Shown: positions 48,541-62,790 of the stretch, in pieces
Layout: every line of letters starts with the position of its first letter
Position numbering within the stretch: the first letter of the stretch is position 1
From: Anolis carolinensis
Lineage: Eukaryota
Assembly (NCBI RefSeq): GCF_035594765.1
Contig: NC_085842.1
Span: 118,123,036 to 118,187,035, forward strand
Direction of reading: 5' to 3'
DNA length: 64,000 nt
Made by a program: the position numbers and the translations under genes
The notes under the pieces: generated by a model
Told to the model about the DNA's origin: nothing
Seen by the model: the letters and a program-made list of their open reading frames with translations, nothing else
Databases searched by the model: none

Positions 48541-49483
48541 TTATTTAGCCTGCTGCTGTGAGCTTCCCATGTGTATCATATTAGTTGTACTAGTTGGCCT
48601 TTTAACAGAGATAGGTGAAACGTTTAACTAGTACACTTTTCATTGTGAAATTAATTAAATTTGCACTTCCCAGACTTAAACACAAACCAGAATTTAGACT
48701 TCCAGAACTGCACATTAATGTTTTTGATGCAGTTCTTTAAAAGAAAGACATGTAAATATGCATACATTTCAAAACGTTTAGATGTAGGCTATATACATTT
48801 GAAAGATGAGTTGTTTTGAAGTGCACATATTGTGGAAAATGCATATAAACACTTACTAGAAAGATGTCCTTAAACTGGCATATTTTAAGTGTACAGACAA
48901 AGATGTGTACATTGAAATGTATATAGAATGAGTATTGGTTGCAGAATTCAGTAAAATGCATATTCATGTTTGTGTAAACAAATAAAATAAGAAAAGAAAC
49001 TTTTACAGTAAACTAAATCCAGTGGGCAAAGGAGATGCATTAACAGTAGACAAAATGAGGGCTTAAGGGAAATTTAGTTTGTCATATTCACTCATTTCCA
49101 GGTTAGTGTTTTTTTAGGAAGACTCTTTGGCTTTTTGATATACATGTTTATGGCACAATGAAAGTCTGGGAAAGTTGCATTTTTGTCCTACAATTCCACC
49201 CCACTAGAATTGGCAGTGGTCATGTTGGCTGGGGGATTCTGGGAACTTTGGCCAGTTTGTCAGTTATGGGATTTCTCAGAGCACTCCTCCTGAGATATTC
49301 AGAGCTCACTGGTTGACCATGGTGAAAAACAGGAGGCTGGAGCCAACAAGCCTTTAATTTTATCCACCAAAAAACCTTCTGTAGCTGTTACATTAGTCAT
49401 TACTGTCATCTTGCTGATGAGATTCAGATTAAGCATTGAAGTTGCTGAATTGTGTGGTCATTGCTGTGTTATGTGTCATGCAG

Positions 49484-49656
49484 GCCCACGAGGCTACGTC
49501 TCCCCTGGAAAGCTCCAACGGTATCATGTAGTTCCAAACCAAAAGCCTCGGTCAGAAGTGAGGACTGAAAGTGATGGTGCCAAGAAGTTACATCATTCGT
49601 ACAACGTACCCCCACTGATGAATCCACCAGTAAATTTCAATACCCCAGCTTTACAT
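49484..49656 (+). CDS. ARHGEF37: RhoGEF coding exon 11 (first SH3, C-part and linker)
   Basis: catgcag|GC; GPRGYVSPGKLQRY completes the SH3; donor CAT|gtgagt. Confidence 0.9.
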
Positions 49657-50362
49657 GTGAGTGGAAAAGCTTTTATTCAGCAATGGTTGTCATTTTCTTT
49701 CTTTTCTGTTTCATACTGTGGATAAATGCAACCAATATATACATATTTAATCAATTATTCAGCATTTGACACTGAAATCTGCTCAGTTTTCTTGTCCAAT
49801 CCCATTCACAGTTTGGTTCCTAAAATATAATCAGCTAAGATCTACTATAGCAGGGTTTGATCTACTATATGTTTTCAAGATTTTGCCTACTTGCTTTAAA
49901 AAATAGCAACTTACCTTAAGAAACAATAAAAGTGGAAAGGAGGTCCTCATGATGCTTTCTTCTGCACATGGTACCAAGTTTTAACATAGTGAAATAGCAT
50001 GATTCTATACAGATACCTAGTTATAGCCAAAGCAGGGGAGATAGGGCAGGTTACAAATAAAGTATTTTTTTGGAGGCCCTAACCTGCGGAGATTAGAGAA
50101 CAAAGTGGTGTGTGACACAGAACCTGCTCTTATCACTAAATCAGATACTTGTTGCCCTCAAATGCTGTCAGGGATACTATCCAGCCACTAGCATTAGATT
50201 CAGATTCAGCAACCAGTCCAGGTGAATGTAGGAGAAGTCATTTGCTCCCTCGGCGTAGGCAAAAAAAAAAAATATCTTGAGCCAGCCCGTTTCATCACTT
50301 ATCTTTAATGGGCTTATGCTGTACTGTAACTGCTTCTTTCTTCCTCTCTCTCCTTCCCTTAG

Positions 50363-50581
50363 GTAATAGCTGCATATGCATTTACAGCCCGGAACAGTCA
50401 TGAGGTCACTTTGCAGGCAGGCCAGCCAGTCAATGTCCTGGAACCCCATGACAAGAAGGGGAACAAAGAGTGGAGCTTGGTGGAGGTGAATGGACAGAAG
50501 GGCTATGTGCCTTCCAGCTTCTTGGTGGCAGTGCCTACTGCCCCAAACCCTGTGTGGCCCTTTCCAACTCAGCAGACATAG
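50363..50581 (+). CDS. ARHGEF37: RhoGEF last coding exon (second SH3, stop)
   Basis: cccttag|GTA; VIAAYAFTARNSHEVTLQAGQPVNVLEPHDKKGNKEWSLVEVNGQKGYVPSSFL...QQT*; TAG 50579-50581; 12 exons sum to 2070 nt. Confidence 0.92.
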   Translation, partial: VIAAYAFTARNSHEVTLQAGQPVNVLEPHDKKGNKEWSLVEVNGQKGYVPSSFLVAVPTAPNPVWPFPTQQT

Positions 50582-53500
50582 CGTGCAGTAAGCCTATTTT
50601 CCAGACATCAGTTGCACTATTCATGTTCTTGCCCCTTCAATTTCTCCTGTGTCATGAAGTGAAGAAAGAAACTGTTGATTGGCATGAGTCTGTGCCAGTG
50701 ATGGGTTTCAGAGTGTATATTTCTTGGGAAAAATATGAAGGCACATGTGTGTGGAACCACTCATGGAGTGTGGTGGGTGTCTGATTTTAATTTTGTTTTT
50801 TCCTGACCTAGTGCCAATGACATGCTTCACCCCTAAGTTGTAATTGGGAAATGATCTAATAGAGGAATAGACTTGAGAATCTCTACATCACTGGGTTTAT
50901 TTAATTAATGGAGATTCAGAAGCCAAAGGTCCTTGTGAAATGTCTCCAGTGAAGTAGATGTGTAGCAGCTTGGTGTATTCATTCCAGAAGAATCCCTCAT
51001 ATTGTCGGCTACTGACACAAAGAAATCCAAATCATAGGCTAGTAAAAAGTCTGTTCTCTTTTCTTTCAGCTCCTTGATAGCCAGAGAAAGCAGTTTTGTG
51101 TTAAGCCCTGATGTTTGTGGTCCATTTTCCAAGTTGCTAAATTCAGCCATCATCTGCTCATGAACCAGATTTAATAAGCTAGACATAAATGCTGCATTCT
51201 TTGCTACCTCTATTGAAGATGTATTTAATATGTATCCATGCTGTCATATACAAAGTGAACTGCCTGAAGCGTAATTGAAATAACAAAGCTGGGGATGTTC
51301 CTGATAGCTTTATTTTTCAATAGGTAGTTAGTTGCCTACCTCTGGATGGGAAGGTGAGGCCACAAAGTATTATTGAGGTTGTGGAAGAAGTACTGATGGA
51401 TGGTCCATGCAACATATTGTAACATGAATAGAAACCTGTTGTGTGTTTTTAATATGCTTTCTTCAAGTAAAGAAAAAAAATGGTAAAAAAGAGATAATAT
51501 GTGAGGTACTTCCCAAGATCAAGGGAAAATATGGTAGTATGGTTTAGGGTGCTGAATTGCAACTTCAGCCATGAAGGTTATTAGTTAATACTCTCTCAGC
51601 CCAGCCTAATGTGCAGGGTAATTGTGCGAATAAAGAAGGGAAGTATTATGTGAGACAAATGTGGTCAGATCTGGAAGAGGATGAGGGAGAATTTTAGAAG
51701 GTTAAGCCATGCACAGTTTTAAACATGACTATTAAAAGTGTGCATCTCTGACTTCTTTTGCTGGTCTACAGAAAGCTGCCTCGACCTCATAGGAGAAAAA
51801 TCAGCATGTAAAATGAAATTGGGAAAAATGAATAAAAACACCTAAGAACAAATACAGAAAAAACTTTGATAAAAGTTCAAGGGACAGCAGTAGGATCTAG
51901 ACATTGAGGTCTAGTACAAGTATGGCAACATCAGGCTCTTAGGTCATCACACTAGCACATCTCACCCACCCAGGCCTTCTTAAGCAAGTTATTCCCTGGT
52001 GATGCAGCAGCCTGTGGAATTCTTGGTCTGATGTTTGAAAATTGCTCTACCCCCTGCTCCTGCTACTAGGAGGCTGCCTCAATGGTGGAGTCTTTCCACT
52101 CTGGTGGCACCCAGTGGGGTTCTGGCCTTGGAGTATTAGAATGAAGGAAGCAGTAGCTTTGAGATGACCATGCTCCATATTTATGTTTGAAAGTAGGCTG
52201 TTGCATGTCTTCATCCTTTCTGATGACTCTGAAGCTAACCAACCTATCATGAAGTTTTATAGGACTGAAAACATCTCACTTGCACAAGATCACTTGGAGT
52301 TTCCATGGCCAAGTGAGGAATCAAACCTTGGTATCCGTATTCATAGTTCAGTGCTCAAAACACTACATTGTACCACCAGTCAAAATAATATGCTTATTTT
52401 TTGCATTCACACCCAGGTCCTCACAATAATCTCAGGATAGTCATAGCATCCAGGTATACCTCAGCTAACAAAGCAGAGGTAGAAATAACATGGAAAGGAT
52501 AAAGATTCCTGTGCGGAAAAGGAGATCAGTGCAACATGTTTCAGCAAACATTGATTTCAAAACTAAGCAATTTGCACAGTTAAATGAAACAACCAGGTCT
52601 GTAGACGTGGAGAAAGAGAACATTTCAAACCTTCAGCAGGCTCACACGGCAATAGTCAGCAGGCTTACATGGCTATAGTAGAATCAGCTACAGTAGAATC
52701 CCATCCTTTCGTAGCTCAAGCATTGTTGCTTGCACTGGTAACTGCAGACACTGCTGCAACCTAACACCAACAGCCTGTATTTCTCCAGTCTTCCTTCGCC
52801 CTCCTCCCAGTTCTAATGCCACTAAAAAAAGATACAAGGAAGAAAATGGAGGCTAGGGGAGTATTTGTCAGAGTCTTTGTTAACTGAATAGAAAATTGGT
52901 GGCTCCATTGAGCTTGAAAGATCAAGACTGTGCAAAACATGTAGCTGTATTAGTGCTCCTCTATGTGTCTGTCAATAGAGCTATATTGTTTAAAAATTTA
53001 GCAGCAGCTCTTCAGGTGTAGCTCTTGAAAAATGCATGGATTAGCTCTTTGATATGTGGTGTTTTATGCAACCAGAGGCCAAAAGAACTGGATAACATTA
53101 TGTTGTAACTGACCCTTAAGAGAAAAGCATTCTATCTCCTTATCTCGTTACACAGAAAGCTTGCCTCTCTGCTTTGAGAAAGATTGGTAAGATGAGGGGA
53201 CAAGAGCAGATTTTTGTTCTTGTTTTGTTTTTAAAGTTATGATTATATTGCAATTTCTTCTTTGTGCTGGTGTGAAGCTTGGAGGTAATAAGATCCTCAA
53301 AATGTGTTCAACAATTCTGAAGTCATCAGCCTGGGCAATCTTGATTGTGTGAATTGAATCTGAAATGCTTGACCCTCCCCTGTTTTCCCAAGAAAGGGTA
53401 TTTCCAACATGCCACAGCATGTAGATGCTGATGCGCCTATGAAATTGTGGCCTTGGTTTGCTACTAGGAACCAAGGAACAGCTAACTAGACTTCTTGCAA

Positions 53501-54012
53501 TGCCTGTGCTTACATCTAACAGGGTGATTCCCTCTTCTGTTTCAGGCTCAGTTATTTTTATTTATAAATGTTGTTTTGCAATGTATTAGTATTTGTGAGA
53601 AATAAACAGTATTGATCCTCTATTTTCAATAGTCTTCTCCCTGTCTGTGCCATTATTATATGTCAGCACATTCACAGTTTTACCACCAGATGGCTCAGCA
53701 ACCTCACCCGTCTCTTGCAAATGCCTGGCAGTATTCGATTTGGGACTCCTCTTAAGCTTTGAGTGAAGATTTACAAAGCAGAGCATGAAAGGGTCCAAAC
53801 TGTGGCTTGTTTTTAATGTTTCATAAAAGCAAGCTTTCATTACAACTTGGCAACTTCTACTTATTTCCAGTGAATAACTTGTCACAACTTGGAAGTAACT
53901 TGGTACAAATAAAAAGTTACATGCGTCTAAATTTATTGTTACAATCACAAAAGTATAACCATATAGCCACTTTGAGTCTCCTTGTGGAGAGAAAAAGCAG
54001 GGTATAAATAAA

Positions 54013-54013
54013 C

Positions 54014-54057
<44 letters not shown>

Positions 54058-54070
54058 CACCACCACCACT
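54013..54070. repeat. (TAA)n(CAC)n microsatellite on an L2-type tail
   Basis: Follows gagtctcc...ggagagaaaaagcagggtataaataaa. Confidence 0.9.
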
Positions 54071-54156
54071 ATATTGCAACTATAACTTAACAAAGAATAA
54101 CATTTTAGATTGTAAGCCTTTGATAGGGCTGATTGTATTTTTACTGTTTTACTTGC

Positions 54157-54700
54157 AAAGTAAGTAAGTAAGTAAGTAAAAGTTTATTTGTATACCGCCC
54201 TCTCTCCCAAAAGGGACTCAGGGCGGTTTCCAATATAAAATCAGCATAAAACATTGTACAATAAAACACTGAAAACACTATAAAACGCTATAAGAATTAG
54301 AAACGAAAACAAAACATAACAATTGACTAAAACAATCACATAAGCAGAAGGAATATAATCACTCAAATAACATGAATCTGCAAAGAAAGAGGGGAAAAAA
54401 AGACCACTGGGATGGAGGATGGCCTGGAGGGACCACAAGAACTAAAATGCAATGTGATATTCTAAGATGCTTTGGGGCAGAGGAATAAAGTGCAGTGTTT
54501 CAAGTCAAAGAGGTGGCCTGTGCAACTACTATAGCTATGGGCTCGGTTATCCAAAGGCTCAGCGGAAGAGCCAGGTTTTAAGCAGCTTTTTGAAGGAAGC
54601 CAGGGTGGGTGCTTGCCGGATCTCCTCCGGAAGGGAATTCCAGATCCGGGGAGCAACAATAGAAAAGGCCTGCTCCCTCGTCCCCGCCAACCGAGCAAAG
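54157..54700 (-). mobile_element. L2 LINE 3' fragment
   Basis: ccgccctctctccc...gggactcagggcgg tail with (TTAC)n; minus-strand RAFSIVAPRIWNSLP-like segment. Confidence 0.75.
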
Positions 54701-56263
54701 CACCATGTATGTTGATAGATTACATAATAAAGAAATCAATAGTAACAATAACCACTTTTTATTGCGTAGAATTCTTGATAGTTTAATTGCTGTAGGAGTG
54801 GTAATGGAAGAATAAGGGTGCAGCCGTTGGTTTACAATATACTTCATGCTGCTTTTGTGGGATTTTAATTTAACTAAAAGTAACTGTTTTAGTTACGGTT
54901 GAAAAATGAGAATTAAAGGATTGCTTTTTTAAAAAAAACTTATGTCACCTAATGTGACTTTAGAACAGCAACTGCAACTGTAACCAGTTACTTAAAATTA
55001 ACTTTCTGAGCATTCTTATACATCCCTATAATGAGAGAGAAGTAGGTTTGCACTTAATGGCAAATAAACAGGAACATACCCTTGAGATCCTACAAAATGC
55101 AAGCTGTAAAAAGCAGCAGTGCCAGTTGCAGCAGACCCTGTTACTCAGCCTGGTATGGAAAGTTACTTCTTTGATATTGTAACTGATAAGATATCATTGA
55201 AGAGAGACAAAATGACCCCATTTTCCACAATTTAGTGCTCCTCAGGTGGATATTTTATTGCAAATCTCACTATGGAATGACAATTATATGTGTGGATGAT
55301 GAGAGTTGGTGCAAAAACATCTGAAGGTCACCAGGTTGGGGAAAGTCCATGGATCGGGCATGAGGGTACAAGGCAGACGCAAGAAGGTGGGACGCACAAG
55401 GGGCGGGACAGAAATGGTGCCTATATATGGAGTCATAAACATTTTGCACAAATGATACGTGTTGCCTGCTTTTTTGAGCAGCCTCCCCTCACTGCACCTG
55501 CTATTGCTCTGGATTACCTAATGTAGGGTGCAGGTATATTTATGATTTTTCTTTGAAAGAAGCCAAAAATATAAAGGATGGAAATTGTGTGGCCCTCCAG
55601 ATCTTGTTGAACTGAAATTCCCAGCAGTTCTAGCTAGCAGAGCCAATGGGAGCCAATGATTGTAGTTGCAGATCAGCAGCATCAGGATGACCATATGATT
55701 CCCACCCTTGTCATAAGAGGAGAAAGGGGTATAAGTATCAAAATAATTTTTCCACATTCCAAACAGCAGGGCAGGATATGATACAAGAGATAGTGTGATA
55801 TGCCAAATGAATAGGACAGGAAATCAAGGATTTTTTTTTTTGAAATGGAGAGTTGTGCTCAAAACGCTTCAGAAATACAATTGCTATTATTTCTTTCTGA
55901 TATGTAAGATATCCAGCTGGGATTCCTTATGTTGCAGCAAGATCCAGGCCAGGACTTTTTGTCGTCTTTTCGAGTCACCCCTGCCACAAATGTGCAACTG
56001 TGCTTAAATACCTGTGGTTTTAATATTCCCCTATTGGTGCGACCACTAATTTAACTCATTCTGTCATATATCAGTCTCAATGGGGATGCTAGATTCTTTC
56101 CTCCTAACTACTTTTTATTCTGAAACTTAAAGGCTCTTTGCCTTTAAAGTGTCCTGCCATTCTTGATTATGTCTGATACTGTGGGCACGTTTCAAGGACG
56201 AATCAGCAGTTCACGAAGTCAAACTTAACCTTGGATCCTGGCATGGGCATCTTTCAGGCCTGT

Positions 56264-57548
56264 AGTAGGAAATCTGCTACAAAACAGGGGCTTTTTTGTT
56301 GAATTCCAAGGCCAGAGAAGCAGATGGTGAAAACAGAAAAACGGCCTGCCTCAGGGGAGCGTGCTTGCTCCATCAATGTTTAACATCTACACAACTGACC
56401 AGCCATTTCCAGAAGGCACAGAGAGTTTCATCTATGCTGACAATTGTGCCATCACCGCCCAAGCAGGGAGCTTTCAAATGGCTGAACAGAAGCTCTCTGA
56501 ACCCTTAGGTGCTCTTACTGCCTATTACAGGGAAAACCAACTGATCCCTAATCCCTCTAAAATGCAGACATGTGCTTTTCACCTTAAGAACAGACATGCA
56601 TCTCGAGCCTGGGAAGGATTACCTGGGAAGGAATCTCACTGGAGCATTGCAGCACACCAAAATACTTGGGAGTTACCCTGGACCGTGCTCTGACCTACAA
56701 AAAGCACTGCTTGGCTATCAAGCAAAAAGTGGGCGCTAGGAATAACATTGTACGAAAGCTGACTGGCACAACCTGAGGATCACAACCCGACACAGTGAAG
56801 ACATCTGCCCTTGCGTTTTACTACTCTGCCACTGAATATGCATGTCCAGTGTGAAATACATCTCACCATGTTAAAACAGAGGATGTGGCTCTTAATGAGA
56901 CATGCCACATTATCACAGGATGTCTACGCCCCACACCACTGGAGAAATTATACTGTTTAGCCGGCATTGCACCACCTAACATGCGTCAGGAAGTAGCAGC
57001 CAGCAATGAAAGGACCAAGGCATTGACATCTCCAGCCCATCCCCTGTTTGGGTATCAGCCAGCACACCTACACCTTAAATCAAAAAATAGTTTTCTAAGA
57101 TCTACAGAGATACTCGCAGGAACACCTCAGCAAGTGAGAGTACAAAAGTGGCAGGCTAAAACCCGGAACTTCAATCAGTGGCTGGCACCGGAGGAGAGAC
57201 TCCCCCCTGGGCACAGAGAAGACTGGGCAACTTGGAAGTCACTGAACAGACTGCTCTGGCACCATGAGATGCAAAGCCAACCTTAAGAAATGAGGCTACA
57301 AAGTGGAGTCCACGACATGCAAGTGTGGAGAAGAGCAAACCCCAGACCACCTATTACAATGGGGTCTGAGCCTTGCTACATGCACAACGGAGGACCTTCT
57401 TACAGCAGCACCAGAGGCACTCCCAAGTGGCCAGCTACTGGTCAAAGGACATTTAGTATAATGCCAAGTTGTTGGGGGTTTTTAACTTTGTGTTTTCAAA
57501 TACATTACATTTTGTACCCTCGGTTCGCTTCTGGCACGATAAATAAAA
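56264..57548 (+). mobile_element. 5'-truncated Vingi-like LINE
   Basis: NGLPQGSVLAPSMFNIYTTDQP, FIYADN (degenerate YADD), C-terminal CKCG...H knuckle, stops and frameshifts; 8-bp TSD aggcctgt (56256-56263, 57549-57556). Confidence 0.82.
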
Positions 57549-60500
57549 AGGCCTGTGACTAGCAAGACAAGGGTTGCCAAAATGATAAGTGAAGCCAAAA
57601 CCTCAAACCTGAGTTATACCAGTATAGATTTAAGGTCATTGTGTCCATTTATCATTAGGGAGTATTAGAACACTGTCTGCCCATCCTGCCCCCCAGTATC
57701 AAACACACAGCTGTTTCTCCCACTCTTTCATCTACACATATGTATCATATCCAAAAAGGTTTCATATGAATCTGGCTCCCCTTTTGCCTTATGATAAATT
57801 GTGTCCTACCTGCCAGGGTCATTATGAGGACATAAGAAATAAAAGGTACAATTCCATTCCTCTTAAAGGCTGGCAGGGCTATGCTTTCATAGTAAGAGTA
57901 GGATTACAGCCAAAGACTGTAGAGGAGCTGTATCAATTATTTATATATATGAAATATGAAATGTGCTCATATTTACTTTGGCATATAAAGCAGGCAATCA
58001 TTCAAGGCAGTTTGCTGCAGAGATTTTTAGTGGATGAATAGTTTTTTATACCAATTGATAGCTAGCTTGAGAGATGAGCTTGAAAGCTAAAAGTCAGTGA
58101 ATATATGGTCAAAGCTCTCTTTCAGCAAGTGGGGAAGGGACTGTTAGTGCATCCATTCAGAGGTGCTTCCTTAGCTTCTCACCTGGGGATTGCTGTGAAG
58201 CGCTGGCTGTTGTTAAGCAGAGGAAATTCACGTGCTATTCTGGGATGTAGACTTGGATGTTACAATCTCCCAGTTTCTCTGGATTCTGTTCACCTTCACT
58301 TTCTAATTCTTTTTTGTATCAAGACCATGTCCCTCTCCCTCCTCTTCCTGAAACACATGCATATTTTTGTAGATTGTCTAATGCATGCATTTCCCAATGT
58401 ATTTTCCATTTTCACCCCTTGATTAAAGGGAGCCTGTGTGCATTTTTCAGTTTTGAGTTGTGCAAATTGATTAGCAAATAGTTCAAAAGGGCACAGGGGA
58501 TGGATTAGCAAGAACCTGCCACTCACTGATTAGATAAATGTATTTTAAAATCAGGTTCATGCTAATTTCTTTTGATCATAAATGTAGTTCATTTGTAGAT
58601 CAGTCATGGTTGCTGTTTCCCAACTAACCCCCCCACCCCAAGCAACTTTTCTCTCTCTGTTGAACAAAGAAACTTCTCTGATATTTGTTGACTACAGGAT
58701 GAATGCAGGTGACAAAGATGGGATGGGCAAAGGCTCTGTTGCTTCATTACTGTTTCTGCCAGTGGTTTAAAGGTCAAAGCAATGTTCCAATTGCCAACCA
58801 AGAAGCGTTTTTAAAAAATCACCATGGGAGACAGGAACATTCTGCGCTGTTAAGCACCATCAACAGTGCAACCATCTGTGAAGTCCAGAGCACCATAGAT
58901 GGCTTGCCTAGAGACCACCAACGCCGCCAGCTGTGGTAGCACATGCCCCTTCTGTGCCTGCGTTTATGCACTGAACATGATTATCATCACACAGGGCATG
59001 CCATGGTGCTGTTTGTTACCTCTCCCAGTTCCCTCAACAGTGATAGAAAAGCAGAAGGACAGAAATGGAAGAGTCCCTCCATTCCCCCCACCCCCCGCCC
59101 CGAGGCCAGTCCTTTTTGCCTTGATCTCCTTTAAGTTGGAGACCGAGATCAGGCCTTTTCCAGACACAACATGTGGAAGAATAAAGGGCAGCACACATGC
59201 CTTTAAATAGCCCTGGAAGGATATACTCTTCCATGAGGAATGCTCTGACAGACAGATTGGAACATGTTGTGTTTATATTTTAGAGGTCAGCGGATGGTGG
59301 AAATATGGCACTGGAGAAGGCTGGGGTAGTGCCTTAACCCAGCTGGTCAATTCAACTCGTCGCAGTCCAGACAAGGTGAAGAATCTCTTCCTTCATACTT
59401 AGCAACAACAGCAGCAGTAGTGACATCTGTTGCGGTATTCATGATTGGCAACCTACCCCGGTCACGCTTGCCTCCAAGGTCATAGCAAGGGTGGCTCCTT
59501 TTTTTCTGCCTGCCTCAAGCACTTCTAGAGTCCAAAGGCTCTCCAAAGATAGCAGTGAGCCACAAGGAGTCTTCCTGTCTATTTGTCACCTGGGCTCTCA
59601 GCTTCACTCAAGGATACGGCCAAGGAGCTCACTGTAGCTGAATGTTTGGGGGGGGGGGGGGGTGTGCCTAGGAGCCTTGTAGGAAAAGGAAGACAGGAAA
59701 TGGTTTGCAGCAAAAAGTGATACAATCAGCTGCAAGTACGAAGAAGAAAGAGTAGTAAAAAGAGGGAGAATATAATTCTGTCTCCTTTTATAAGCAAAGT
59801 CCATCGGATTGAAGTTATAATTCACATGACTTTTTTAAATTTTGCAATGCTTTCCCCAATTTTTTAAAAGACACAACAAATGTATAATGAGGAAAACATA
59901 CACAAAACATGTATGTTAAGGAAAATTGTACAGAAAATGAATATTTTATAGAAAATGGCACAGAAATGCATATTTTAGAAAAATTGTCAAGGCTGATTCT
60001 CCCATTAAGGGGATAGTAATTACCCAGTAATGTGGACTGACCTTAAATGTTGGGCACAGCCACATACATCACCACATTTTGTCTAGAGAGACCTTAGAAA
60101 GGCAACTATGAACTGTAAAAATAAGGTATATTACTTTGTACCATTTGAATGTAGAATTCAAATTGTAGAAATTGACTAAATTTGTCTTTGCTTCCCAAAC
60201 ATAGCAATGGCACTTCAGCCGTAGTGCTCCACTTCCCATCGTTTTACTTTCTCCATTGAGAGCTGTCTATACAACAACATGCCATCCTCTAGTCTGCTTC
60301 ATAGGAATGGATGGATCCTCTGTTTCTAGCATCTTTCCTCCTTACGTTCTGCAATTCTGCATTTTGTAAATACATCAGTTTGCATCTTAAGGACATGCTT
60401 TCACTGGGCAAGTTGGTCCTGTGAAAATCCACTCTGGGGCATTGTCCAGATAGGCCAAGGCTACATCAATTTCATTGGGCTGTCAGCTTCCTGTCATCAC

Positions 60501-61332
60501 CACTGTGCTCTTAACTAGTCCATCCAAGTGCCTGCCCATTGCAGTCATGTCTGCTGATGTCAGAAAGGGCCACGGCACAACTAAAAAGCAAGAGGTAGTT
60601 GCTCTTTCCTCCTCCTTCTTCCTGGTTATGCAAGTGTCCCATTGTGACATCGCAGCCTTGGGATACTTTCCAGCAAACTCTGGAGTATCTTTTGACTTCA
60701 TCAAAAATGGAGCAAAGTTAGGTTAAAGTAAGAAAAACAAAAACAAAAAAAACTGTGATGCTCACTAGAAGCTGCTATTCATCATGAAGACAGCTAGCAG
60801 TCCATTCATGGTGGATTCAAATTTTTGGCCCAGTGTAGACAAGCCTAAAAATATACATTACCTGAGATGGAAGGAGAAACCCTGCCTCCCACATGTCTGT
60901 TTCCACCAACCTGCCTCCTCTCACTTTAAGATGAGCCAGCTGAGCCCAAATGCCATTATCCACCAATAGCTCTAGAGAGGTACAACCAGCTGTCCCATAC
61001 CACAAAAGTGATGGGAGATCTTTCCTCAGACCACCAATGTCCTATTCTATAGAGCCTACCCTGATCATGGCCATATTGCCCTGGGTTAGATTCTCCAGAG
61101 GAGCGCAGGTGATAGATTCAGGTTACTCTGCCAAATCCACTCTGTCAAGGAATTTACCACAGAGCAAGATCTCCTATTGCTCCTTTATGCTGCTTATTCA
61201 ACAATTCTTGCTCATATTTCATTTAATTTTTCTATCCTGGTTTTCTGCCAACATTGGGATTTTACAGTAAGATTAAAATGAAGTAGGATGAAAAACCTGA
61301 TGATACAAAAATTAAAAAGTAAGAAATGAGAT

Positions 61333-62145
61333 TTTGTTGTTTATTCAGTGTTTATTCATTCAGTCGCTTCCGATTCTTTGTGACCTCATGGACCAGCCCA
61401 CGGCCATGGCCACCTCCAGCTCCTTCAGAGTCAAGCCAGTCACTTCAAGAATACCATCCATCCATCTTGCCTTTGGTCGACCCCTCTTCCTTTTTCCTTC
61501 CATTTTTTCCAGCATCATTCTCTTCTCCAAGCTTTCTTGTCTTCTTGCCATAGTACTGGTTGGATCTTCTTGCGGTCCAAGGGACTCTCAGAATTTTCCT
61601 CCAACACCACAGTTCAAAAGTGTCTATCTTCCTTCGTTCAGACTTCCTTATAGTCCAGCTCTCCCATCCATAGGTTAATACAGGGAATACCATTGCATTA
61701 ACTATGTGGACCTTTGTTGCCAACGTGATGTCTCTACTCTTCACTATTTTATCGAGATTGGTCATTGCTCTCCTTCCAAGAAGTAAACATTTTCTGATTT
61801 CCTGGCTGCAGTCTGTGTCTGCAGTAATCTTTGCACCTAGAAATACAAAGTCTGTCGCTGCCTCCACGTTTTCTCTCTCTATTTGCCAGTTATCAGCCTG
61901 TCTGGTTGCCATAATCTTGGTTTTCTTCATGTTTAACTGCAACCCAGCTTTTGCACTTTCTTCTTTCACCTTGGTTATAAGGCTTCTCAGCTCCTCCTCA
62001 CTTTCAGCTATCAAAGTGGTATCATCTGCATAGCTAAGGTTGTTAATGTTTATTCCAGCAACTTTAACTCCAGCCTTGGATTAATCAAGCCCCGCACACC
62101 ACATGATGTATTCTGCATACAAGTTGAATAGGTAGGGTGAGAGTA
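61333..62145 (-). mobile_element. 5'-truncated RTE (BovB-like) LINE
   Basis: YADDT near 62020-62032; GLQLNMKKTKIM, FELWCWRKILRVPWTARRSN; internal deletion/frameshift. Confidence 0.88.
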
Positions 62146-62552
62146 TGTGGTGTTATCTTAAAACAGGTATAATTTAAAACAGGATACAAACGGTTTTAAA
62201 ACATGACTACAAAGACAAAAATGCAACATACAGAAACAACCAAATAATTGCCAAATACTTCTTTAAACAGAAAATCTACTTGCAACAGGAAAGTAGAAAT
62301 CGGAGCAGCCTAGCTTCACATGGAAGTCACTGAGAAAACTCCTTCACAGGTTCTCATCAAGTGAGCCTGTGATAATGCTGGAACCATAAGGAAAGCTTCC
62401 CATAAAGGTCTGAAGACTTCTGTAGGCTCGTACAGGGAAACATGCTCTTACAGATAGACTAGAACCTAAAGGATAGGTAGGTCATAACCAACAGTTTGAT
62501 TTGCCCTTGGAAACAACTTGGCAGCCAGTGAGGCAGTTTCAAAAGGAGAATC

Positions 62553-62790
62553 ACAGTACAAACTCACATATCCACAGGCGATATGTTCCAAGACCCTCAT
62601 GGATACCTGTAGCCATGGATAATATTGAACTCTATATTTTGATTATTCTTGAGTCAGAAGTATATCATAGAATTGTAAGGAGGATCTACAGGGGCTCACA
62701 AACACTTCCAGAGGTGGGCAGAGGGATATTTTTGGAGGGTGAGTAAGTGAAACCATGGATATTGAATCCATAGATAAGAGGGTTGTATTG
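62553..62790. mobile_element. Old Tigger-like MITE
   Basis: cagtacaaactcacatatccacagg ... ccatagataagagggttgtattg|ta. Confidence 0.55.

Noticed and set aside
20028-50581. DNMBP (Tuba) or ARHGEF38 as gene identity
   Set aside because: No N-terminal SH3 array, very short pre-DH segment, 689-aa length and recalled motifs fit ARHGEF37 better; not confirmed by search
50582-52000. ARHGEF37 poly(A) site
   Set aside because: Several AATAAA candidates (about 51629, 51831) cannot be distinguished from sequence alone
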